Part shown: in pieces, positions 10,364-20,600 of the stretch
Position numbering within the stretch: the first letter of the stretch is position 1
Layout: every line of letters starts with the position of its first letter
NCBI GenBank assembly: GCA_963977015.1
Contig: CAXBMO010000013.1
Coordinates: 64,001 to 128,000 of the forward strand
From: an uncultured bacterium
Lineage (GTDB): Bacteria; Verrucomicrobiota; Verrucomicrobiia; Verrucomicrobiales; DEV007
Length of the DNA: 64,000 nucleotides
Reading direction: 5' to 3'
Made by a program: the position numbers and the translations under genes
Notes under the pieces: generated by a model
What the model saw: only the letters and a program-made list of their open reading frames with translations
Told to the model about the DNA's origin: nothing
Database searches by the model: none

Positions 10364-10492
10364 GAAATGAGGGGCTATTTCGGAAGAAATTCAGTCAATG
10401 AAGAACCAATTGGACAATCAACAACCGAAAGAACGAACTTCGCACTTTTGGTTGGACTTCAGATGGGTATCATTACTTTATAATCTCTGCGC

Positions 10493-11029
10493 ATGAATGA
10501 TGATAGTCAGAGCGATCTTCCCCCGATTCCGGAGGAATTGCATTCAGAATACGAAGAGCGCCCTTTTCGTTGTTGCACAAGGTGTGGGGAGACGTTGGCC
10601 GATTTTGAAGAGGGCTATCGAATTTCCAAAGTGATCAAAAGTGGCGAAGTCATTTTTGAATATGCGCTTTGCTTCCCGTGCATGGAGCGAATGATGGAGG
10701 AGAGCAGTGAGGAATCGCAACAACGGCTCATGGAGTTTCAGAACGAGCGGATGCGTGAAGACGTTTCCGGAACCTACGAGTGCGCCCTTTGCGATCACAC
10801 CAGAGATACCCTGAAGCCGCCTGAATTTGCATTGGTTGCGGGATGTGTTGGTTCGGGGCTGTTAGATTCCCATCTCGTCTGCATTCACTGCATGGAAGAG
10901 ATGAGTGCCTTGGTGAGCGAAAAGACTCGTAATCAGTGGAATCGATTCGTTGAAGAAAACTTCCCTGGGGTTCCGTCCGATTTTGTGCCGACCCCAACGG
11001 AGGGAAGCCCTTCGCCAATCTTTATGTGA
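10493..11029 (+). CDS. Hypothetical Cys-rich protein with four CxxC motifs (putative double zinc finger)
   Basis: CTRC, CFPC, CALC, CIHC. Confidence 0.7.
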   Translation: MNDDSQSDLPPIPEELHSEYEERPFRCCTRCGETLADFEEGYRISKVIKSGEVIFEYALCFPCMERMMEESSEESQQRLMEFQNERMREDVSGTYECALCDHTRDTLKPPEFALVAGCVGSGLLDSHLVCIHCMEEMSALVSEKTRNQWNRFVEENFPGVPSDFVPTPTEGSPSPIFM

Positions 11030-11906
11030 TTTTTCCCCAACGTCGAATGTTCGGCAAGGTGCGATACAGGAGGTGATGGAATACCTGTCTGGGAAAAAAA
11101 CGTCGCATCATGGAGAATAGATGAGCATCCAGGGTCACCGGAACTCTCAGGGGCGGGTTGTTCCTTTTCATGACGTTATGAATCCGTTTTGCCACGCTTT
11201 GGGGAGTGGCAATAGCCTGATTCATAAAGCGGGCAATCAATCGATCCATCTGCAGATAGTGCTGATAATAGGCATCATCCGGGGATTCGAATGCCTGCTG
11301 ACTGGCTTCTGTCATCCTCGTGTTTTGAAAGGAATCGGACCGGATGAAGCCGGGTTGAACCAGCGAAACATGAATGTTCCAGGGGCGCGTTTCATACCAC
11401 AGGGCCTCAGTTACCCCTTCAAGTGCCCATTTTGAGGCGGAATACGGTGCCATGGTGGGCATCGCCAACATGCCGCTCACCGATGAAACGTTGATGATTC
11501 GCCCGTTACGTTGCGAACGCATCCAGGGGAGAACCAGCCGAATCAATTGGAGTGGTGCCTCGAAATTGATTTCCATCTGACGCTCAAGCTCAGAGTGACC
11601 CAAATGTTCGACAACGGAGCGGTAGGCGACCCCGGCATTGTTCACCAGAATATCGACCCCTCCCCAACGGTCCTCGATTTCGCGAATCACCTCGCGGCGC
11701 TCATCATCCGTATTCACGCGCATGGGACGAATGATCACACGGTTGCATTCGGAAAAACCCTCTTCATCAAAGCGAGACAATGAACTATCTCGGGCAGTCA
11801 GGACGAGTCGATAGTCGGAATGGGAAACCAACCGATGGGCAAGGGCTAAGCCCAAGCCGGTACTGGCTCCGGTAATCAACACAGTCTGTACGGACGACTC
11901 AGCCAT
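11022..11906 (-). CDS. SDR family oxidoreductase
   Basis: TGASTGLG, NNAG, NVSS, YSASK. Confidence 0.92.
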   Translation of the reverse strand: MAESSVQTVLITGASTGLGLALAHRLVSHSDYRLVLTARDSSLSRFDEEGFSECNRVIIRPMRVNTDDERREVIREIEDRWGGVDILVNNAGVAYRSVVEHLGHSELERQMEINFEAPLQLIRLVLPWMRSQRNGRIINVSSVSGMLAMPTMAPYSASKWALEGVTEALWYETRPWNIHVSLVQPGFIRSDSFQNTRMTEASQQAFESPDDAYYQHYLQMDRLIARFMNQAIATPQSVAKRIHNVMKRNNPPLRVPVTLDAHLFSMMRRFFPRQVFHHLLYRTLPNIRRWGKIT

Positions 11907-11991
11907 TTTCTACCGCATTCTCTGGGATATCGCGTGTCAAGTTGAGCAAAAAAACTTCCTAAATTGCGATTGTGTGTATGTTAGCCGTGCC

Positions 11992-12285
11992 ATGAACAAG
12001 GGAGAAAAAGTCGTCTGTATCAACGATAAATGGGAACCATGGGTGTTCGACACCTACAATCAGCTTCCGGAAAAGGGAGAGGTTTACACGATTCGTTCGG
12101 TGCGCCCCGGCCGTCCTGATCTAGGCGGCGGAGCTGCCGTTTTGACGCTTTTGCTCGAAGAACTACACAACGATATCGATTTTACCCACATTGGTGGAGA
12201 CGAGCTCGGATTTAAGGCGAATCGCTTCGCCCCGATGAGTTCCATAGCCATGGAGCGTCACGAGGAAGAGGCGGCGACGATCTAG
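11992..12285 (+). CDS. Small hypothetical protein
   Basis: ATG at 11992 within ORF 11974-12285; fills the gap; protein-like composition (KGEKVVCIND...LPEKGEVYTIR). Confidence 0.65.
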   Translation: MNKGEKVVCINDKWEPWVFDTYNQLPEKGEVYTIRSVRPGRPDLGGGAAVLTLLLEELHNDIDFTHIGGDELGFKANRFAPMSSIAMERHEEEAATI

Positions 12286-12381
12286 ATTTCTTGATCCGGC
12301 GGCATCAAATTGCGCACAACTTTATTATTCTTAGGTAAAATCGGCGATTGATTACGTCGAAATGTCGCTAATCTTTGTCAA

Positions 12382-13512
12382 GTGTCGCGCCAAGTACCAA
12401 AATTGCTTCTAATTTCCGCAATCAGTCTAATTACTGGCTGCGTAACCACTCCCCGTTATAAGGATCTATTTGAGCCTCTGAACCGGATGAACGTTTCAGC
12501 AAGTGTGCTGAACGAATTTCCGATCTCCCTGGTGGATCGACAGACTGGGAAGCCTGCGACCAACGCCAGATTGATTCTCGATACCAAACCCGAACCGATT
12601 GTGCTTCGCAGTGATTCGTCGGGTCAGGTCATGGTTCCAGTGACGAGGGATTTGCTGGCGGTAAATCCCGTCATGAGGGCTGAGCCTGCTGGGATTGACA
12701 CCGTTGTCAGCCTTACGGCAACGATTCACGGCCAAATCGAGGACGTGGAAGTCAGTTCGGCACTCGAACTCAAGAAAATTGGAGATGCAAATGTTGCGGT
12801 ATTTTCCGAACCGGAAGACGCGGCCCTTGCGCGGAAAGTCTTGGCTGAACTGATGCGGGCCCGAAAAGAAGTTCGGAGACTGCTGGGCTTGGAGCCTGAG
12901 CGCTGGGCTGTAATTGTGGGGCCAAAGCGAAAGCGCGATGTGCTTTATATGACGGTGCCCGCCTCCGGTTATGAATCAACTTGGATGTGTTTTCGCGAAG
13001 AATGGGAAACGGGTGAGTTTATGCGGACCAATGTTCATGAGTGGGTTGAATCGACGATTGAGTCGCGACTTGCGCTTTATAGTGATCCGAGAAACCGCTT
13101 CATCGGGGACGGTCTGGCCGAATACGCAAGCTGGCGTCTCTATGGCTTGGGGCCGGAATATCGGGACCGGCTTTCGCCAGCGGCCGTTCCACAAGAAACC
13201 GTTGATCTCTTGACCGCTTTTCAGGCCGTTCCGGGAAGTGCCTTTCATCGGCGCAAATTTGATCGTGGAATCGCGAAACATGGTTACAGCCCCGGTTACG
13301 CGCTGGCCTTTGTCTTTTGGCACGATCTTCTCAAGGAGCACGGCACTCAAGTTCCAGCTCGAATGGTGGCGAATCTCGCGCAACAAAGGCCCGTTACCGT
13401 TGAGCGTGCCATTGCAACGCTTGAAGCGATTACGGGTGAGCAAGGTCTGGAGGAGCAGTTGCGAAACAGCAACGTCGCAGACGCTCGCAATACCATCGCG
13501 CGACTCCGTTAG
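12382..13512 (+). CDS. Lipoprotein with a gluzincin-like metallopeptidase region and variant metal motif
   Basis: Lipobox LITGC; VHEWVE followed by FIGDGLAEYAS and GYALAFVFW. Confidence 0.6.
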   Translation: MSRQVPKLLLISAISLITGCVTTPRYKDLFEPLNRMNVSASVLNEFPISLVDRQTGKPATNARLILDTKPEPIVLRSDSSGQVMVPVTRDLLAVNPVMRAEPAGIDTVVSLTATIHGQIEDVEVSSALELKKIGDANVAVFSEPEDAALARKVLAELMRARKEVRRLLGLEPERWAVIVGPKRKRDVLYMTVPASGYESTWMCFREEWETGEFMRTNVHEWVESTIESRLALYSDPRNRFIGDGLAEYASWRLYGLGPEYRDRLSPAAVPQETVDLLTAFQAVPGSAFHRRKFDRGIAKHGYSPGYALAFVFWHDLLKEHGTQVPARMVANLAQQRPVTVERAIATLEAITGEQGLEEQLRNSNVADARNTIARLR

Positions 13513-13585
13513 GTAGGAAATCGCCGGAGGCAGGTGGAAACTCCGCTGGAAAATGGGGCGAAACTGACGTTGTTTGGCAACAACG

Positions 13586-14488
13586 ATGTCTGCCCGCCCC
13601 AAAATTGATCCGGAACTCCATCAGGCTAAAAAGCCGAGCTGGATTAAAGTGCGTTTGCCCAACAATCCGGTTTTTTGGTCCACCAAATCCCTGATTTCCG
13701 ATTTGCGACTTCATACGGTTTGCGAAGAGGCGCAGTGCCCAAACCGCTGGGAATGTTGGGGACAGGGAACGGCCACATTCATGATCGCTGGAGATCGTTG
13801 CACCCGTGCCTGTGGGTTCTGCGCCGTCAAGACCGCGAAACCTTTTGCGCTTGAAATCGATGAACCCGACCGTGTTGCTGAAGCGACTTCAAGAATGAAT
13901 TTAAATCACGTCGTCATTACAGCGGTTGCCCGTGATGACGTCGCAGATGGGGGCGCAGACCATTTTGCCAAGACCATCGAAGCGATCCGGGCGAAAAATC
14001 CGGAGCTGGTAATTGAAGTTCTTGTACCCGATTTCAACGGCAAAGATGATGCACTCCAAGTGGTCATGGATGCCCGTCCCCACATCTTCAATCACAATCT
14101 CGAAACTATCGAACGTCTCACCCCCTTGGTGAGGTCTCGGGCCAAGTATTCCCGATCGCTTGAGGTGCTGCAACGAGCCAAGGAAATGGTCCCGTCTGTG
14201 GCAACGAAAAGCGGTCTCATGTTGGGACTGGGGGAAACTGAAGAAGAGTTGTTTCAGGCGATGGATGACTTGCTGGAACATCAGGTCACCGTTTTGACAT
14301 TGGGACAGTATTTGCGCCCGTCGGAATCTCATCTTCCGGTCGTGGATTACATCCACCCCGACAAGTTCGCCGAATACAAAGTCGTAGCTGAGCAAAAAGG
14401 CTTTGTCCATGTGGCCTCGGGCCCGCTGGTTCGCAGTTCCTACCACGCGGCAGATTTCCGCCCTGAATTGGACGCGGTTTCGCAGTAA
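13586..14488 (+). CDS. lipA: Lipoyl synthase
   Basis: CEEAQCPNRWEC, CTRACGFC, VRSSYHA; ATG at 13586 (ORF track uses TTG at 13574). Confidence 0.97.
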   Translation: MSARPKIDPELHQAKKPSWIKVRLPNNPVFWSTKSLISDLRLHTVCEEAQCPNRWECWGQGTATFMIAGDRCTRACGFCAVKTAKPFALEIDEPDRVAEATSRMNLNHVVITAVARDDVADGGADHFAKTIEAIRAKNPELVIEVLVPDFNGKDDALQVVMDARPHIFNHNLETIERLTPLVRSRAKYSRSLEVLQRAKEMVPSVATKSGLMLGLGETEEELFQAMDDLLEHQVTVLTLGQYLRPSESHLPVVDYIHPDKFAEYKVVAEQKGFVHVASGPLVRSSYHAADFRPELDAVSQ

Positions 14489-14558
14489 ACTGCCGGCTCA
14501 GCGGTATTTTGAGCATTCAGCAGTATTTGAGCATCGAAGCTCGATGCCTTCCCTCCAC

Positions 14559-14590
14559 AAAAAAAGCCCGGAGTCTCTCGACCCCGGGCT
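14559..14590 (-). terminator. Intrinsic terminator of the PKS-NRPS gene
   Basis: Minus strand AGCCCGGGGTC-GAGA-GACTCCGGGCT followed by a T run, about 30 nt after the stop. Confidence 0.85.
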
Positions 14591-14618
14591 CAATTAAGTT
14601 TTCTGGGCGAAGCTTACC

Positions 14619-17600
14619 CTAGGTTAGGGCGTTCTTAGGCTTGACCTTTGCAAACGTGGCCACTCGCTCGGGATCGAGGAAGTAGCGATGCATCTGGAGC
14701 CGCGCTGGTTTGAACCCGCGTTTGGCGAGATACTGGTAGTGTGCGAGAACGTCCTTTGGAGAAACCGGCCCCAACGTTGGCTTCACATCGGCTTGCATGC
14801 TGGTGAGCAAGCTGACGACGATACATCCGGTGATTTCTTTCGGATCACGCCCTGCCAACAGACTGATGTGACGGCTGTCGACAAGGGTGGAAAGTTCCTG
14901 GGCCATATTGGGCAGGTAAATCGTCTCCCTGATGTCTTCGTCCAGGTGCAGCTCACCCCCTGTTGTGAACAGGATGTCGTTGCGCTCTTCAAACCGCTTC
15001 ACAGCATCAGCAATCCGGAAACTTGGCGGGAAGCTGTAGTCAACAATGACCGTCCCGGGATTCAACTTGGAGATATCCAAGATTCCTGGGATGCTCGTGG
15101 TTCCAACGACGAAGGTCGCACCGTAGACTGAGGCTGGGAGGCCTCCGCCATTGGGATGAACCGTAATCTGGCCGTTGTAGCCGGTTTGCTTCACTTCCCG
15201 ACGAATCATGTCGAGTTGCTCAGCGCTCATGTATGGGTCGCAAAGGAGGATTTCCTTGGGATGCGGAAGCACTTCCAACGCAAGCTTGACGGTGCCCATG
15301 CCGATGGAGCGAAGGCCAACAAAGGCGACTCGTTCATCCGCGAACTTACGGTCCGTTTGCTCAAGCGTTCCCTCAATGGTCTTGATGATGGTTGCGGTTC
15401 GGGTCGCGTCACCTGTGGTGATCGCCGGAAGTTCGACACCATCGTCAAACCAGGTTTGAATCTCGCGACCATAGTCGGTTGCACTCGGCAGCATTCCCGT
15501 CAGGGAAACGGTCTTGGCTCCCATCTTGGAAGCCATTTCCAAACCGTGTGTGATGGATTTCCGTAAACGGGCTTCATCCTTGAAGATATCCAACTCGAAG
15601 GTCGGAAGAACGATCAAGCCAATCTTACCGAACGGAAGCTCATAAACGTTTCCAAGGCGTGGTTCGTGCTTGAACCACTGCCCGACCATCTCTTCGCGGC
15701 TCATTCCGGTAATGCCCGCAAAAGCATCGGGAATGCACGCGAGGGCGACCGCGTCCACTTGAGGCAGGGCAGAGCCTTCCTCGACAAACTCGACACTCAG
15801 ATGTGTCGAACTGGCAAGTTTCTCAAGATGGCTGAGATCGAACGCCGTTTCTTCCTGGCTCTCATCGGAGTGCAGATAATTGGCGAGTTGCTCGATGGTT
15901 GGAAAGCGCAGAAACGCTTCGACTGGGATGTCGCGATTGAACGCCTCACTGGCTTGAGCCAGAACCCGGACCGCCAGGAGTGAGTCACCACCCATTTCGA
16001 AGAAGTTGTCTCGAATTCCGAACTTCTCAGTTTCGAAAGCCTCGGTGAAAATATCGGCGAGGAGCTGTTCGCTCTCCGTCTGAGGCGCAACGTATTCCGT
16101 TTCCAGACCAGAACGGTCAATTTGCGGAACGGGTAGGCGTTTCCGGTCGACTTTCTTATTCGGGGTCAGAGGGTATTCGTCGACGATGCTGTAGAAAGCG
16201 GGGCGCATACTTTCCGGGAGGCGATCCGACAAATGAGCTCGAAGATCGGGAATCAATCCGTCGGTCTCACCATTCGGAATCACGTAGGCCACCAGGTTGG
16301 GTCCACCGGGTAAATCATCCCGGCGAATGACCACAGCTTGTTTGACTCGGGAAGAATCCACGAGGTGAGCTTCGATGTCGTCCAGTTCCATCCGGACCCC
16401 GCGAAGTTTGATCTGGAAGTCCGAACGGCCCAGGCACTCAAGCTTGCCGTCTTGAGTCCAGCGAGCGAGGTCACCGGTATTGTAAACCCGCTCCTTCTCC
16501 CCGTTGGGAAGCGTGATGGTTCCAAATCGGTCCATCGTCAGATCAGGCTTCTCGTGGTAGCCGCGGGCCAGTCCTGCTCCACCGATGTAGAGATTGCCCA
16601 CAAATCCGGCGGGAACCGGCTTCTCGTTATCATCGAGAATGTAAATGGAGGTGTTCGCGATCGGGCGACCAACCGAGATGGTTTCATCGCCGGCTTCGAC
16701 TTTTTCCACGGTTGACCACACGGTGGTCTCGGTTGGACCGTAAAGGTTCCAAACTTGACCCGCACGCTCCAACAGTTGGGTTGCCAGACCGCGTGAGAGT
16801 GGTTCGCCTCCGGAAAAGACTCGCAGGCTTTCCTTACCGTTCCAGCCACCTTCGATCAACATCTGCCAAGTCGCCGGAGTGGCCTGCATGACCGTGATAT
16901 CGAACTCTTCCAGCATGTGACCAAGATGGCGCCCGTCTTTGACCTCATCCCGGCTTGCAATCACCACTTCACCACCTGAAAGCAGCGGAAGGTACAGTTC
17001 GAGCAAGGAGATATCGAAGCTCAGGGTCGTGACGGCCAAAAGGCGGTCATTTTCGTCCATGCCAGGAGTGATCTGCATCGACGTGAGGAAGTTCACGGCA
17101 GCACGGTGCGAAATCTCGACGCCTTTAGGCGTTCCTGTGGAGCCCGAAGTATAAATGATGTAGGCCAGAGATTCTGCTGAAAGCTGTGATATCGAGGGCG
17201 ATTCATCGGTCGGAGTAACATCCTCCAAACAAATTACCATCCAATCGCCGTCCGGGAGTCCCTTCTGTAGCGAACGCTGGGTTACGATCACATCAGGCTT
17301 TGCATCCTGCAGCATCTGTTCGAGTCGATAGGCCGGAAACTCCGGATCCATCGGCACGTAGCAGGCACCTGACTTCAGGATTCCCAGCGTGCCGACGACC
17401 ATGTCGCAGGAACGCTCCGTCAAAAGGGCAACCGGCTGATCGGGACCAACTCCAACATCCGCCAACTTTTGCGCAAGCCCGTCAGCTTTCCGGTCGAGTT
17501 GGTTGTAGGTCAACGTGTCGCCACCGCAGCGAATTGCGATTTTGTCAGGCGTTTGAGTCACGGCATCCGCCACCAATTCATGGAGCAGACTTTCCTCTGG

Positions 17601-20600
17601 ATAGGGTGAGGAAGTATCGTTCCAATCATCGACGATCCGCTTCTCGTCTTCCTCGGACAGGAGGTTGATCTCAGAGATATGAAGATCCGGATTCGCGGTG
17701 ATCTGACTAAGAACCTGGGCGTAGAGCTTGTTGAGATAAGCAATGGTGCTCTCATCAAAAAGATCGGAATTGTATTGCCAGCATCCGTAGAGAATTCCAT
17801 CCGCTTCTTCGACCACGAGGGTGATCTCGAATTGGGCTTGGCGTAGAGTCAAATCGACAGTCTCAACGCTCATGTCCCCAACATGGATCTTGTGTCCTCC
17901 CTGGCCGATCATGAAGACTGCTGCGTCTCCACCATCCAGGCCCGGAATTTTCTCCATGCTGAACGAGACTTGGAAAATTGGCGAGCGACTTGGATCGCGC
18001 GGCACTTTCAGTTGGTCCACCAATTTGGCCAAGGGGTAGTGCTGGTTTTCCAGTGCACCGAGAACCGAGGCGCTGTTGCGAGAGACATACTCGCTGAACT
18101 TGGGATCATCCTCCACCTGGCTTCGCACGGCGACAGGATTGATGAAGTAGCCAATCATGTCGTGCAACTCCTGCTGATTTCTTCCGGCGAGAGGTACGCC
18201 AACAAGAAGATCTTCCTGGTTACAGTAGCGGTGAAGGAGAATCTCAAAGCCACTTAAAAGCGTCGTGAAAAGCGTCGCATTCTGCTGTTGGGAGAGCTCG
18301 ATCACACGCTTGGTGAGACCTTCGTCGAGCTTGAATCCGTAGGCTGCGCCGTTGAACGTTTGCACAGGAGGACGCGGGCGGTCGGTTGGTAAATCGAGAA
18401 TCAGTGGCGCATCTGCCAAATGATCTTTCCAGTATTCCAACATCCGATCACCGGTTTCACCCTCCAAGTGAGCTTGCTCCCACCGTACGAAATCGTGGTA
18501 GCGTGCCTCGATCTCCTCCCACTCCGGTTCCTTGCCGATCTTACGGGAGAAGTAACTCTCGATCAGATCGTTCATGAAGAGGGTGACCGACCATGCATCA
18601 CTGACAATGTGGTGCATGCAGAGCAGGGTGATGTGCGCATTGTCGCCGGTTTTGAACAGTTCAAGACGAACGACCGGTCCTTTCTCGAGATTGAACGGCT
18701 TGTTGGCATGCTCGACCAACAACGACTTGATTTCGTCATCAGTCAGGCTCGTTACGTCGTGCTCGCGGAAATCAATGGTTCGCCCCTTATGGATCCGTTG
18801 GATTGGAGAGCCATTCACAGTGTGGAACGTGACATCCAGCATTGGGTGGCGAGAATAGAGGCCCATGAAGGCTTCTTTCATCACTTCGATATCAATGCCT
18901 GGAGAAATCTTGCCGCTGTAAACCAGGTTGTAGGCTGGGCTTTCCGGCGCCAATTGATGGAGGAACCAAAGAGCTTTTTGACCCTCTGTAAGCGGGAATT
19001 CGAGAACTTCTTCACCAGAAAGTTCAAGCGCAGGCAAGGAGCCTGATCCCGTGTTTCCACCACCTCCGGACTCGGAAAGCTCGTCTCCCGCACTCTCCAA
19101 AAGAGTCTCAAGAACCGGGATGGCCAATTCTTTGATGTTCGGTCCGTTCAGAACCGAGCCCATGGGAACACTGATGCCGAGTTGGGATTCAACCCGGTTC
19201 ATCAATTCAATCGCCATCAGGGAGTCGAGTCCGATCTGATTGAGCGGAAGGTCCTTACTGATTTTGCTGACATCGGTTCCAAAAACTCCTGCCACTTGCT
19301 CAGACAGGAAATCGACCATCAGTCCATGACGTTTGTCTGGTGCTGCCTGGATGATTTGGCTCCGAATCGCGCCGCCTTCACCATCGCCGTCATCACCCAC
19401 CAATGCTCCATAAACGGGAGAATTTGCAATGAGCGAGGAGAAACGCGCCAGTGAATTCCAGTCGATCCGGCTTGCGGCAAGGTTGGTTGCCTTCCGTGGA
19501 AGAAAGCGCCCGAACACACTCAGCGTTTCCGGCATATTGTAAGCCTTCATGCCAAGCATATCGAGATACTGCGCGGTCTTCTCATTTCGCTCCACGAAAC
19601 CAGCTCCGGTCAACGCGCCCCAGTTGAAGGTCAGTCCGTCGCCAATTCCAATGGAGTTCCGATGTTGCGCGATCGCATCAAGGAACGAGTTGCCGGCGTT
19701 GTAATTCGATTGGCGAACCGCTCCAATTACGGTCGAAAACGAGGAAAAGGACGTAAAGAAGTCCAGCGCGATATCCTTGGTGAGGGTGTGGAGAATCCAC
19801 GCTCCCAGCATTTTCGGGTGAACCACGCGGTCAAAGCCTTCCTCGTCCAACTCAACGATATCCAGGTCATTGATGACCATCGCACCATGGACGACGCCGC
19901 CCAACGGAGCTTTTGATCCCTGAATCTTGGCGACGATTTCCTTGAGTCGCGGTTGATCGGTCACGTCAGCGCGGAGGTCGAGGACGTTCACGCCCTTCTT
20001 CTCCAGCACGGCAATATCGGCTTGCGCCTCCTCTTTCGGGCCGCTTCTGGATACCAACGCCAAATTCTTGGCTCCGTTCTTCACCATCCATTTGGCGAGT
20101 TCGAAACCGAAACCACCGGCACCACCGGTGATCAGGTAGGTGCGATCCTCGCGGAAGAGATGACCTCCCTGGGTGCAGGGACCAACTTGAATGGAAGGCA
20201 GATCGAAGGAGAGAACGTTTTTCCCGATGTGCTTGCCTTGCGCCATGTAACGAAAGGCGTCGACAACCTCGGTAATCGGGAAGGTCTTATGAGGCAACGC
20301 TTCGTAGGTTTGCGCGTAAAACTCGTCTTCCAATTCCTTGAGCATCGCAGCGACATAGGATGGCTTGGATTCCAAATGCTGGGCAAGATCAACCACATGA
20401 TAGCTGATGTTGTTCTTCAGCATCTCCATGCCAAATTTCGAGTTGCCGTAGACGTCGATCTTCCCGATCTCGACGAAACGGCCGAAACGCCGCAGGCACT
20501 GGAAGGATTTGGGAATGAAATCGCCAGCCAATGAGTTGAGGACACAATCGATCCCCTCACCGTTGGTGATTTCCATGATCTCGTCCGCGAAATCCAGGGT

